Origin: an uncultured delta proteobacterium
GTDB lineage: Bacteria > Desulfobacterota > Binatia > UBA9968
Direction of reading: 5' to 3'
Length of the DNA stretch: 64,000 bases
Assembly: GCA_963745835.1 (NCBI GenBank)
Contig: CAVUZH010000022.1
Location: 256,001 to 320,000, forward strand
Part shown: piece by piece, positions 1 to 11,176 of the stretch
How positions within the stretch are numbered: position 1 is the stretch's first letter
How the letters are laid out: each line of letters starts with the position of its first letter
Notes under the pieces: model-generated
Told to the model about the DNA's origin: nothing
What the model saw: the letters and a program-made list of their open reading frames with translations, nothing else
The model's database searches: none
Translations under genes and position numbers: made by a program

Positions 1-3000
1 TCGCTGGAGCAGCAAACGGCTACCAGTGAAATCTTGAGCGTCATCGCCAGCTCACCGACTGACATCCAACCAGTCTTCGATACGATCCTGGCGGCCGCGG
101 CACGACTTTGCGGAGTGCCCGACGGCGCGATTTCACTCATCGAAGATGATCTCTATCGGACCGTCGCTAGTTGTGGTTCCGGGCCGACGCGCTGGTCGGT
201 GGGCCAAACCCATCCCATCAATCGAGGCTCCGTGACTGGTCGTGCCATCGTTGACCGTCAGTCGATACATATCCATGACATTCAAGAAGTCTCTGACGAT
301 TTCTGGCAAGCTCAAAATGCGGTACGCGCTGGTCTACGGACTATGCTCGCCATCCCGTTATTGCGCGAGGGCATTCCCATTGGCGTGATTGGTATTCGCC
401 GCAGCGAAGTTCAGCTCTTTACTGACAAGCAAATCGCTCTGCTCAAAACCTTCGCCGATCAAGCCGTCATCGCCATCGAGAACGTCCGACTGTTCCAAGA
501 ACTGACGGAAGCGCTCGAGCAGCAGACGGCAACGAGTGAAATCTTGGGGGTTATTGCCAGCTCGCCAACTGACATTCAGCCGGTACTGGACACGATTGCC
601 AAAAGTGCTGCTCAAGTGTGTAGTGCCGATGATGCAGTAATTCGGCTTGTTCAGGATGACGGACTGCAACTGGCGGCACATTACGGCTCAATCTGTGTTG
701 AAGTCCCGATACGACCAATCGACCGCAATTCGGCTGTTGGGCGTGCAGTCTCCGACCGCGCCGTAATTCACATTGAGGATTTGCTTGCCGTCATCGAAAA
801 AGAGTTTCCTGCTACTGTCGCGACCTCAGATGGCCTTGGCCTCCGCACTCTGCTCGCCGTTCCCCTAATGCGCGAGAACCAGCCGATCGGTGTCATCGTC
901 ATTCGTCGCACAGTAGTCCAACCGTTCTCGGAAAAACAGATTTCGCTTCTTAAAACCTTCGCCGACCAAGCCGTGATCGCCATCGAAAACGTACGCCTGT
1001 TTCAAGGAGATCCAGGAGCGCAACGCAGAATTGCGCGAGGCCCTGGAACATCAGACCGCGACGGCCGAGGTGCTCGGTATCATCAGCCGCTCGCCCACTG
1101 ATGTGCAGCCGGTTCTTGATGCCATCGTCGAGAGCGCGGCCCGCGTTTGTGGGATTGATGATTTAGTGCTGCACCTTCACGAGGAAAACAGTCTGGTCTC
1201 GCGGGCTCATTTTGGTTCCATTCCCGTACCCATCGGCCGCGCCGAGATCAGTATGGATGATTTGCAATATCGCTGGATGCGCGAGCACGGCACGCTTCAC
1301 ATTCCCGACGCCAGCAAGTGGAACCATTTCCAGGTCAGTAAATATCAGCGGCTGGCGCAGCTTCTTGGCCGTTCCTCTACGTCAGCAAGGTGAACTCATT
1401 GGTGGAATGACTGCGCGTCGCATCGAAGCACGCCCCTTCACCCCGGCTCAAATAAAGTTACTTGAAACTTTCGCTGACCAGGCCGTGATCGCCATCGAGA
1501 ACGTCCGGTTGTTTCAAGAATTGAAAGAATCCTTGGAGCAGCAAACTGCGACCAGCGAAATCTTGGGAGTCATTGCTAGGTCACCAACGGATATCCAGCC
1601 AGTGTTGGATACCATTGCCGAAAATGCGGCTCGGCTCTGCGGTGCAACGATGCAGTAATCCGCCTTATTGAGGCGAACGTGCTTCGATTGGCAGCGCATT
1701 AGGTCCGGTGGGACATGAGCTACGGAACGACCATTGACCGTCATTCGCCGGGTGGCCGGGCGGTGTTAGACCGGAAACTTGTCCATATAGAGGATATGGA
1801 GCTCTGACCTAGAGAAGGAATTTCCTGAGGTTTACGAGACCAATTTACGTGTTGGTGCTCGACGTATGTTAGCCATGCCACTGATGCGCGAAGGTGTTGC
1901 CATAGGCGCGATTCATATCCGCCGCACGGAGCTCGCGACCGTTCACAGACAGACAGATCAAACTGCTTGAGACTTTCGCTGACCAAGCGGTCATCGCCAT
2001 CGAGAACGTGCGTCTGTTCCAAGAACTGGAGGAACGAACCGACGAGTTGGCGCGATCGGTAGGGGAATTGAAAGCTTTAGGCGAAGTCGGCCAAGCGGTG
2101 AGCTCTACTCTGGATCTCGAGACCGTGCTCCGCACGATCGTTCGCCACGCGGTCCAGCTTTCGCGGAACCGATTGCGGAGTCATTTACGAATACGATGAG
2201 CCGAGGCAAGAGTTTCACCTGAGGCCAGCCACCGAATGGAAGAAGGAGCTGGTCGATGCGCTTCGCGCAACGCCGCTCCGTTTGGGCGAGGGCGCTACTG
2301 GGCGAGCGGCAGCAAACGCGAGACCGGTCCAAGTCACCGATCATCCTCGAAGAGCAGGAACTATGCTACCGCGCGATGCGCCCCATGCTTGACCCGGCTT
2401 GGCTATCGTTCGCTCCTTGCGGTGCCGCTGCTCCGCGAGCAGACAAATTATGGGGGCCTTGACGTTTATCGGCGCGCAGACCGGGAACTTTCACACCGGA
2501 AGTCGTCAAGCTTCTTGCAGACCTTCGCAACCCAATCAGTGTTGGCGATACAAAACGCTCGGCTGTTCCGTGAGATCGAGGACAAGAGCCGGCAAATCGA
2601 AGCCGCCAACCGGCACAAGTCCGAATTCTTGGCCAACATGTCGCATGAGCTGCGCACGCCGCTCAATGCCATCATCGGCTTCTCTGAAGTCCTGGGCGAG
2701 AAGCTATTCGGCGAGCTCAATGAAAAACAAGCGGAGTACACAGAAGACATCCTTTCCTCTGGCCGCCATCTTTTGTCTCTCATCAATGAGATTCTCGATC
2801 TCTCCAAGGTCGAAGCCGGCCGGATGGAGCTGGAGCTGGCCACGTTCGATCTCCCCTTAGCGATAGACAACGCACGCACCTTTGTGCGCGAGCGCGCCAC
2901 GAAGCACGGCATTCACCTCGACGTTGCAGTGGATGAGCGACTGGGCGACTTCCTCGGTGATGAGCGCAAGATCAAGCAGATTCTGCTCAATCTTCTGTCC

Positions 3001-3303
3001 AATGCAGTGAAGTTCACCCCGGAGGGAGGACGGATCGGAATCAACGCTATACAGAGTAACGGAGCTGTGGAAATCTCAGTCACCGACACCGGCATCGGCA
3101 TCGCACCCGAGGACCAGCCCAGGATATTCGAGGAATTTCGCCAGGTAGGAGGCGACTATGTTCACAAAAAGGAAGGAACTGGACTTGGGTTAACCTTGGC
3201 GAAGAAATTTGTCGAGCTGCATGGCGGGAAGATTTGGGTGGAGAGTGAAGCGGGGAAAGGGTCGACGTTTATTTTTACGCTACCGATTACCGCGATCGCG
3301 TAG
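1..3303 (+). CDS. Multi-GAF sensor histidine kinase (at least 5 GAF repeats + HisKA + HATPase); 5'-truncated by the window and broken by many frameshifts
   Basis: Repeated [24 protein letters not shown]...[18 protein letters not shown] units across ORFs 34-1101, 1031-1393, 1212-1658 and 2008-2199. C-terminal [14 protein letters not shown] (H box), [10 protein letters not shown] (N box), DTGIGI and GTGLGL (G boxes) in 2236-3303. Confidence 0.9.
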
Positions 3304-3566
3304 GTTCACGAATACAGGGGCTCAGGTTCCGATTGTCATCTCTCTGGCGCCACATTATTTCACCAGTGGGATTGAACTGAATTCTCCTTCAACGCAACCT
3401 CGCGTGGCATCGCATTGAGGCGTCGTTCAGTTCAACCGTGTATTGCCTCCGAAGAAGCGCAAGCTTATTGGGCTTTGTTCTCGGCATTTCTCGCAAATAG
3501 TCTATTGACGACGAACCGAATTGCTAATAGTGCTAATATAAACTTGACTTGATTTAGGAGGCAATT

Positions 3567-3851
3567 ATGAGCAGGCTTGCTTTGGCAGGAATGGTCGTAG
3601 TTTTGTTACTTGGTTCATCCGTCATAACAAGTTGTACGCTGTTTAGAAAGGATACCGACGTCACCATCGCTCAGGTGCCGCCCCCGGTTAGAAAAGCGAT
3701 TGAAAAAGAAACGGCGGGTGGCACCATCAAATCAATAGAGAAAATAGAATCTGGCGGCAAAGTTACTTATGAAGTTGAGTATATGAGGGACGGCAGAGAG
3801 ATTGAAGTCTACTTCACAGAAGACGGCCGACCGGTAAAGGGTGTGCAATAG
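3567..3851 (+). CDS. Small lipoprotein with PepSY-like domain
   Basis: AGGAGG RBS, signal peptide ending ITSC, and the VPPPVRKAI...IEK...YEVEY...EVYFTEDG PepSY-like pattern. Confidence 0.7.
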   Translation: MSRLALAGMVVVLLLGSSVITSCTLFRKDTDVTIAQVPPPVRKAIEKETAGGTIKSIEKIESGGKVTYEVEYMRDGREIEVYFTEDGRPVKGVQ

Positions 3852-4166
3852 ATAACGAGCTGGGAGCAGGAAAACGAGGCAGCCATGCCAGGGTTGAACT
3901 GATTTCTCCATCAATCCAATCTTCCCAGCAATCGAATTGAAGCGTCGTCAGTTCAATCACAGGTCAGTTTCAAGCTTAACTCATGCCTATCGACGAATTC
4001 GGCGCGTGGGACTCAGCTAAACGTTTGCGTAAGCGGACGATATTGCGCCGGTGAACTGAGACAGCCTTGCTTCACCTTCGGTTTTCGAGCTGTCGCTGAC
4101 ACCGGACCTCCCGAACAACACAGAGGCTCACAAAGAGATGAGGCTCCCGAATGGGAGAACGATCCT

Positions 4167-4655
4167 TCAGCCGACGAACAGCGTATACTGCGCGCCATTT
4201 AAATTGGCGAGGGGCTTGGGAAACAGCAAGCGACGATCGGGCGCCAGCACTCGTTGGGCGATCTCCCAGTTGACCGGCGGCAACGGATTCAAGCCGCGAA
4301 TCTGCTCCAAGGTGAAATAGCCGGCGTGATCGACTTCGTGGTTGTCGGCGGTGGGTTCGCCGCTCACCGGCCGCAGCAAGAGGATGATGTATACGCCGTT
4401 TCCAGAGTCCGGATCATAGCGGCTCCGCAAGCCCAATACGGCTTCGACTTCGGCCTCAACTCCCGCCTCTTCCTGCACCTCCCGAACAACCGCCTGTTCG
4501 ATGGTTTCATCGGGTTCGATGAAGCCGCCGGGCAATTGCCAGTTGCCGCGGCCATGACGCGAAGCGCGTCGCACCAGCAACAGCTCGCCGTCACGCACCA
4601 CCGCGCCGCCGACACCGATGTTGTAGCCCAGATTATAGCGTTCAGGGATGGGCAT
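4167..4655 (-). CDS. NUDIX hydrolase
   Basis: Nudix box GGFIEPDETIEQAVVREVQEEAG. ATG at 4655 overlaps the upstream stop (TGATG). Confidence 0.9.
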   Translation of the reverse strand: MPIPERYNLGYNIGVGGAVVRDGELLLVRRASRHGRGNWQLPGGFIEPDETIEQAVVREVQEEAGVEAEVEAVLGLRSRYDPDSGNGVYIILLLRPVSGEPTADNHEVDHAGYFTLEQIRGLNPLPPVNWEIAQRVLAPDRRLLFPKPLANLNGAQYTLFVG

Positions 4656-5842
4656 CACGACTCCAGATGAAACAAACGGACGGCGTTTTTCCACCGTATC
4701 AGTTCTTTTTCTTCTTCTGAGATGTCCGGATGTGTTCTAAGCAGTTCGACGTCTTGGAATTTCATCCTTCCGCCGGGATCGTCGTGGGGATAATCAGTGG
4801 CGAACAGGAATCGTTCAGCGCCAAGGAATTGAATGGCTTCGGCAAGCTCCGGCTCTTCCGTCTCAATGGTGAAGGAAAAGTTATTTTTAAAATAATGGCT
4901 CGCCGGCTGTTTATTTTTTTCAAGGAACTCGCTTGCAGGCAGAATGGCGCGCGCCCGACGCAGCTTCTCGCCTGTCTTGGACAAATTGCCGTTGCCCAGC
5001 GGCGCTTCTTCCTGATCGTCATAATCCACCGGCGGCGCCTCTAGAATTTTATCGAGACGCTGGACCAGTGGTTTGATAAACGCGGTGCCCGCTTCGGTGT
5101 AAATAAACTGCAGCTTGGGGCAAGCGTCCAATAAACCACTGGTGAACAATGAAACCAAGCTCATGTGCCCTTCTTGCGGCGCGAAGACGTAAAGCCCGTC
5201 TCTCTGGAACGGCAGCAAGTTACTGAGGCGATGGCCATGCTGAACGTTGTGCAGGTAGAGCGGCATGTCCAGCTCCTCGGCTTTTCGGAAGAACGGCCAG
5301 AGCTCGCGCCGGCTGCCGAGAGGCTCGCCGTAAGGATGATCTTTGACGGGAAAAATCTTATCGACCACAGCGCTCGCAAAGCCGCGTTCCTTGGCCCATT
5401 CCAGCTCGCGAATCGATCCGGCAACGTCCTGCAGCGCCACCAGCGCGACACCGAGAATCCTGCCGGGATACTTCTCCATGATCCGCAGCATCGACTCGTT
5501 GTGCGAACGGGCCATCCGCCCGGCCAGTTCGGGTTCTATCACGTAGGACCACCAGCCGGAAAATTGCGGCAGTACGAAGTGCCTTTCGATCCCGAGACGC
5601 TCATCGTAATCGCTCATGCGCGCTTCCACATCCCACAAGCTTCTGAACATGGCGCCGGAACCGGGTGCGCCGAGCGGGCTGGTCCCGGGCACTTGAGGCG
5701 CATTGCCGGGAAACTCGACATCGGCGTACAGGCCGTTGTCGGCGAATTTTAATATCGGCTTGCGCGAGCCGAAGCGGCCGCCAACACTGTCAAAAGCGTC
5801 CTTGGGCATCAGATGACTATCGCAATCGATTATCACTCTCAC
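4655..5842 (-). CDS. Amidohydrolase family protein (Amidohydro_2, ACMSD/LigW-like)
   Basis: N-terminal IIDCDSH, LYLH, and the C-terminal FATDYPHDD motif. Confidence 0.85.
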   Translation of the reverse strand: MRVIIDCDSHLMPKDAFDSVGGRFGSRKPILKFADNGLYADVEFPGNAPQVPGTSPLGAPGSGAMFRSLWDVEARMSDYDERLGIERHFVLPQFSGWWSYVIEPELAGRMARSHNESMLRIMEKYPGRILGVALVALQDVAGSIRELEWAKERGFASAVVDKIFPVKDHPYGEPLGSRRELWPFFRKAEELDMPLYLHNVQHGHRLSNLLPFQRDGLYVFAPQEGHMSLVSLFTSGLLDACPKLQFIYTEAGTAFIKPLVQRLDKILEAPPVDYDDQEEAPLGNGNLSKTGEKLRRARAILPASEFLEKNKQPASHYFKNNFSFTIETEEPELAEAIQFLGAERFLFATDYPHDDPGGRMKFQDVELLRTHPDISEEEKELIRWKNAVRLFHLES

Positions 5843-6172
5843 TCCTCATTACTAGAGAATTAGTTTCTTATAGGGCCCGCAGGATAATGAAGTCAAGGAA
5901 GGCGCAATGAAGGGCAAATTACCAACAGCTGCGAACAGCATCAAACAGATTGCTGAATGAAAGGAGTAAAACCGAAAATGCTGATCAGGGTCATGATCGA
6001 CGAACCTGAGAAAGAGACCGAGACTCTCATGCTATTTCCGACCGGCATTTGTCGCGCCGGTCGTTTAGTTGGATCTGTATAAGAGCATTCCTTGCGTATT
6101 GCAAAGCAAATCAATAAGTTTACGATCCGATTACTTAGAACCCGTGATCAAAACACCATTGGAGGAAAACTC

Positions 6173-7222
6173 ATGAAGTGTCGCAGTGTGGTGATTATAA
6201 CCTTTGTTCTCGCCTCTCTGTTACTGCTCACCGGACCGCAGTCGGGTTCGGCGCAGGAGCCGTATTACAAAGGCAAACAAATACGCATTATCGTCGGACT
6301 GAGCAGCGGCGGCGGGTACGACCGCGCGGCGCGCATGCTCGCTCGCTTCATCGGCAAGTACATACCGGGCAACCCGGAGGTGCTGGTGCAAAACATGCCG
6401 GGCGCAAGCTCCGTCACCGCCTCGAATTATGTCTGGGGCGTGGCCAAGCCGGACGGCCTGACATTGCTGGCGCCGCACAATAACGTTTACTTGAGCCAGC
6501 TCTCGGGACAGAAAGAGGTTCAGTTCGATCTGGCGAAATTCCAATGGATCGGCTCTCTCGAAAACGACGACATGATGCTGTTCGCGCGCGCCGACGCGTC
6601 CTATAAATCGATAGCCGACATCATCAAAGCCAAAGAACAACCGAAGTGCGGCTCAACCGGTGTGGGCAGCTCGGACTATGTGATGTCCAAGGTGCTGGAG
6701 GACACCATCGGCGCCAAGGTAACTCATGTTACCGGCTACCCCGGCAGCAGCGAAATTGCGATAGCCCTGGAAAGAGGCGAAGTTTCCTGTATGGGATTGA
6801 CCATCGCTACCTATTTCGGCCGCGAGCCATTTGGCACCTGGTACAAGGACAAGTATGTCAGATTCCTTGCCCAGAGCGGTCGTAAACGCGACAGCCGAAT
6901 TGCCGATGCGCCGACTGTCTACGAGCTGATGGATGAATACAAAACCCCGGCAACCAAGCGCCGAGTGGCCGAGGCGATGCTCCAGGGAGGCGAATGGGCG
7001 CGACCGTTGATGGCTCCTCCAGCAACGCCCGCGGACCGTGTCGCCATTTTGCGCGCCGCTCATGAAAAGGCCGCCAAAGATCCGGACCTGCTCGCCGAGG
7101 CGAAAAAACTGCGCATCGAAATCACGCATTTGCGCGGCGAACACCTGCAATCAACAGCGAAAGAAGTCATGACCCAGCCGCCCGAGGTGGTCGAACAAAT
7201 AAAGAAGCTCTTCGTGCAGTAA
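6173..7222 (+). CDS. Tripartite tricarboxylate transporter substrate-binding protein (TctC/Bug family)
   Basis: GGAGG RBS, signal peptide, IRIIVGLSSGGGYD, VQNMPGA, KPDGLTL and ALERGEV motifs. Confidence 0.9.
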   Translation: MKCRSVVIITFVLASLLLLTGPQSGSAQEPYYKGKQIRIIVGLSSGGGYDRAARMLARFIGKYIPGNPEVLVQNMPGASSVTASNYVWGVAKPDGLTLLAPHNNVYLSQLSGQKEVQFDLAKFQWIGSLENDDMMLFARADASYKSIADIIKAKEQPKCGSTGVGSSDYVMSKVLEDTIGAKVTHVTGYPGSSEIAIALERGEVSCMGLTIATYFGREPFGTWYKDKYVRFLAQSGRKRDSRIADAPTVYELMDEYKTPATKRRVAEAMLQGGEWARPLMAPPATPADRVAILRAAHEKAAKDPDLLAEAKKLRIEITHLRGEHLQSTAKEVMTQPPEVVEQIKKLFVQ

Positions 7223-7290
7223 AGAGCGAGCGACGCGCTCGCCTTTGTGCTCGATCCATTAAGCAACATTTCAGGAGTCATCGCCGACAC

Positions 7291-8463
7291 ATGCAACAGG
7301 TCGCGCCCGCAGAATCTAATCATCCCCAAGGATTTCTCTCTTTGGCAAAGAACGTCGGCATTAAAGACGATACGCTGGATCTCACTGTGATCTATTCCAC
7401 CGTCCGCGCTCGCGCCGCAGCGATGTTTACGCGCAATCGCTTCCCTGGCGCGCCGGTGATTGTCGGCAGAAAGCATGTTGCCACTGGCTTCGTCCAGGCG
7501 CTGGTGATCAACAGCAAGAACGCCAACGTCGCCATGGGGAAGCAGGGAGTCGCCAATGCAATCGAAACCTGCCGCATCGTCGGCAAAGAGCTCGGCATAA
7601 GTCCCTATGAGGTCCTGCCTTTTTCGACCGGGGTCATTGGGCGCCCCCTGCCCATGGACAAAATTCGCGCCGGATTGAAAGGCATTGGCAAAGAACTCAA
7701 GCCTAACAATCTCAAGTTGGCCGCTGAAGCGATCATGACTACCGATATGTATCCAAAGTACGTTTTCTGCCAGGTCGGTTCGGCAGTGATCGCCGGAATC
7801 GCCAAAGGCGCCGGCATGATCGAGCCGAATATGGCGACCATGCTCGTCTATCTTATGACCGACGCGGAGCTGCCGAGGTCGACGATGCGCCCCATGCTGC
7901 GCCGCATCGTCGACCGAACTTTCAATTGCATGAGCATCGATACCGATACCAGCACCAGCGATACAGTGGTGCTGATGGCAAACGGATTGGCCGGCAAAGT
8001 CAATTTGCGGCATTTTGAAGACGCCCTATCGCATGTTTGCGAATTTCTTACCCGGGAGATTGCCCGGAACGGTGAAGGCGCAACCAAACTTATCATTGTC
8101 GATGTCGCCGGCTCGAAGAGCGGCGCTCAAGCAAAATTAGTAGCGAAGTCCATCGTCAACTCGCCGTTGGTCAAAACGGCTGTCTATGGATGCGATCCCA
8201 ACTGGGGCCGTGTGATCATGGCGATTGGCAAAAGCTTTGACACTGCCATCGATCCTGCCAAAGTTACAATCCGCTTCGGCAACAGCAGGGTTTTCAAGAA
8301 AGGCTCCCCCGTGGATTGCGATCTCCAAGGATTGCGCGACTATCTTGGGCAATCCGAAGTGACGATCTCAGTCGAGCTTGGCCTCGGCAAAGCTTCAGCG
8401 CGTGTCTGGGGTTGCGATCTAACCGAGGGATACATCAAGGAAAACGCCTACTATACGACGTAA
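7291..8463 (+). CDS. argJ: Bifunctional glutamate N-acetyltransferase/amino-acid acetyltransferase ArgJ
   Basis: STGVIGRPL, IMTTD, KGAGMIEPNMATML (autocleavage Thr), DTDTSTSDT, GEGATK, SPLVKTA and DPNWGR. Confidence 0.95.
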   Translation: MQQVAPAESNHPQGFLSLAKNVGIKDDTLDLTVIYSTVRARAAAMFTRNRFPGAPVIVGRKHVATGFVQALVINSKNANVAMGKQGVANAIETCRIVGKELGISPYEVLPFSTGVIGRPLPMDKIRAGLKGIGKELKPNNLKLAAEAIMTTDMYPKYVFCQVGSAVIAGIAKGAGMIEPNMATMLVYLMTDAELPRSTMRPMLRRIVDRTFNCMSIDTDTSTSDTVVLMANGLAGKVNLRHFEDALSHVCEFLTREIARNGEGATKLIIVDVAGSKSGAQAKLVAKSIVNSPLVKTAVYGCDPNWGRVIMAIGKSFDTAIDPAKVTIRFGNSRVFKKGSPVDCDLQGLRDYLGQSEVTISVELGLGKASARVWGCDLTEGYIKENAYYTT

Positions 8464-8977
8464 AAGTTTTTACAACTCGTGTGCTGATCGAATGTGATGT
8501 ATTGCCCGGTTCGACTCCAACGACTCACGAGACGAGCTGCGCATTAGGCCCACGCACAGTCAGCTTCGTTCAACCCGAATTCGAGTTCAGGGTGACACAG
8601 CGATCAAAGGACGAACCCTCCGGAACGAACGCAATAGGTCTGTGACTGATAGTGGCCTGCAAGCTCCACTGCTTTAGCGGACGCTTGAAAGAATTGCCAG
8701 CCCAGGGCCAAGTACCATAGACGGTATCGAAATTGTTCGCTTCTGTGCCTTCGCTCCTCCACGCTCGCCCCTTGATCGCTCTGCACGTATCCATCTCTAC
8801 TGCGGAATCCGGGTTCAATAGATACCAATATCCTGACCTCATGCGAGAGAGATCACCGAGCAGCAACGAAGCATATGGGTCTTTTTCAGTAGCCTGCCAG
8901 AGTCTAGTTTCGCTCGATCACTTCTCCTTGCAGTGGTCACTTTCGCTGCGGCATCCTGGTTGATCGAGCCAAAGCGA

Positions 8978-11008
8978 CTACTCTTTAATGCCGGCGAGGT
9001 CGAGGATAAAGACATAGGAAAACGCGGTCTCGCGATGGCGCCGAAATCGGCCGCTCGAGCCGCCGTGACCGGCCTCCATATTGGTTTTGAGCAGCACCCT
9101 GTTGTTGTCGGTTTTGAGATCCCGGAGCTTGGCCACCCATTTCGCCGGCTCCCAATACTGCACTTGGGAATCGTGTAAGCCGCCCGTGGCTAACAGGTTG
9201 GGATACTGCTTAGCCTCGACATTGTCGTACGGCGAGTACGAGAGCATGTATTGATAAACATCCTTTTGATTAGGATCACCCCATTCGTCGTATTCTCCCG
9301 TGGTCAGCGGAATACTAGGATCGAGCATCGTTGTGATCACATCGACAAATGGCACCTCGGCAACAATTCCCTTGAATAAATCCGGCCGCATGTTGGCGAC
9401 TGCTCCCATCAGCAGGCCGCCCGCACTGCGGCCCATGGCGAACAGCTTTTCCGGTCGGGTAAATTTCTCGCGGATCAGATATTCGGCGCAAGCAATGAAG
9501 TCGGTAAAGGTATTTTTCTTTTTCAAGAGCCTGCCGTCATCATACCACTGCCGCTCCAACTCTTGACCGCCACGGACGTGAGCGATGGCGAAAATAAATC
9601 CGCGATCGATCAGGCTCAAGCGCGGCGAAGAAAATGCAGGATCGATACTGGCGCCGTAGGAGCCGTAACCGTAGAGGAGCAGCGGATTCTCGCCGTTTCG
9701 CTTCAATCCCTTGCGATAAACCAGAGAAATCGGCACCTCAACGCCGTCCGGAGCGGTTGCATGCAGGCGCTCCGAATCATAATTACCTGAGTTGAAACCG
9801 CCCAATACTTGTTCTTGTTTCAGCAACGTCCGTTCGTGCGTGACCATGTCGTAATCATAAATCGACAATGGCGTCTTCATCGAAGTGTACTCGTAGCGCA
9901 GGACGATTGTGTCAAACTCCGGATTAATTCCAACATTGGCGCGATACGCCGGCTCATCGAACGGAAGATAATAGCCTTGTCCGCCCGACCAGGGTATGAT
10001 GCGGATCTGGGTCAGACCCCGGTTACGCTCCTCCAAAACCAGATAGTCTTTAAAAATCTCGAAGTCGCCGAGATAGACATCTTGCCGATTCGGAACGATT
10101 TCTTGCCAATGCTCTTTGCCGATTTTTTCCACCGGCGTGACCATGAGGCGAAAATTTTTCGCCTGATCATTGGTGCGTATCAGGAAGCGATCGGCGAAGT
10201 GATCGATTGAATATTCGTGTTCGCGCTGCCGCGGTAAAAAGATTTTGAATTCGCCAAACGGATCTTGAGCCTCAAGATAACGATATTCCTGGCTGAGCGT
10301 TTGTGCCGAAACAATCATTAAATATTTTTTCGATTTAGTCTTGTAGACATAGGCCACATAAGTTTCATCGGATTCCTCAAACACCAGCTGATCGGTATCC
10401 GCGGAGCTAACGAGCCTGTGGCGGTAGATCTGATAAGCGCGCAAGGTCTTTAGGTCCTGCTTGGCATAAAAAAGCGTCGAGTTATCGTCGGCCCAGGTGA
10501 GATTTTCCGTGACGTTGGGGATGACGTCCGGCAACAGTTCCCCGGTCATGAGATTCTTGATGTAAATCGTAAACACCCTTCGGCCTTGCGTATCCACCGC
10601 ATACGCCATGAGATTTTGATCGGCGCTGAGGGCCCAGCCGCCGATGGAAAAAAAATCATGGCCCTGTGCCAGCACGTTGGCATCGAGCATGATCTCTTCC
10701 GGCTGATCCAGCGAACCTTTCCTGCGCGCGAAAATTGGATACTCTTTCCCCTGTTCGTAGCGGGTGTAATAGAAATAACCGTCACGTTTGTAGGGCACCG
10801 ACATGTCCGTTTGGGCGATTCGGGATTTTATTTCTTCGAAGACCTTTTCCTCCAACGGCTTGGTATGAGCCATGATACGATCGGAATACTCGTTCTCGGC
10901 TTTCAGGTAAGCGATCACATCGGGATTATCCCGGTCTTTTAGCCAATAGTAATCGTCGACACGCAAGTGGCCGTGTTTTTCAAACTCGGCGGGAATTTTT
11001 TTTGCCAT
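8978..11008 (-). CDS. ptrB: Oligopeptidase B (S9 family)
   Basis: HGHLRVDDYYWL, YGYGSYG, GRSAGG nucleophile, DSQVQYWEPAKWVAKLR and AGHGG. Confidence 0.95.
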   Translation of the reverse strand: MAKKIPAEFEKHGHLRVDDYYWLKDRDNPDVIAYLKAENEYSDRIMAHTKPLEEKVFEEIKSRIAQTDMSVPYKRDGYFYYTRYEQGKEYPIFARRKGSLDQPEEIMLDANVLAQGHDFFSIGGWALSADQNLMAYAVDTQGRRVFTIYIKNLMTGELLPDVIPNVTENLTWADDNSTLFYAKQDLKTLRAYQIYRHRLVSSADTDQLVFEESDETYVAYVYKTKSKKYLMIVSAQTLSQEYRYLEAQDPFGEFKIFLPRQREHEYSIDHFADRFLIRTNDQAKNFRLMVTPVEKIGKEHWQEIVPNRQDVYLGDFEIFKDYLVLEERNRGLTQIRIIPWSGGQGYYLPFDEPAYRANVGINPEFDTIVLRYEYTSMKTPLSIYDYDMVTHERTLLKQEQVLGGFNSGNYDSERLHATAPDGVEVPISLVYRKGLKRNGENPLLLYGYGSYGASIDPAFSSPRLSLIDRGFIFAIAHVRGGQELERQWYDDGRLLKKKNTFTDFIACAEYLIREKFTRPEKLFAMGRSAGGLLMGAVANMRPDLFKGIVAEVPFVDVITTMLDPSIPLTTGEYDEWGDPNQKDVYQYMLSYSPYDNVEAKQYPNLLATGGLHDSQVQYWEPAKWVAKLRDLKTDNNRVLLKTNMEAGHGGSSGRFRRHRETAFSYVFILDLAGIKE

Positions 11009-11176
11009 CGATTGCCTTTCCGGACTCCCTGGGTCTCCGTAAAAGAATGGAACATCCCACGGAAGGTATCAGCATTGATTATGAAATAATCGCGGCAGCC
11101 GCAACCGTTCCGCAGAATCTCTTAGCAGGCACCACATTGACAGCTTGTTTTCACATCGGCTACTCTCGTCATCTCA

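Noticed and set aside
4014-4050. attC-like half sites (also near 25024, 30438 and 39783)
   Set aside because: Only an inverse-core-like start, with no complementary arm and GTTRRRY core.
7060-8013. Long antisense ORFs (e.g. 7060-8013, 43661-44251, 35958-36569)
   Set aside because: Shadow or alternate frames of well-supported genes.
8470-8970. Short ORFs between argJ and ptrB
   Set aside because: No RBS or recognisable family; possibly a decayed gene but not supportable.
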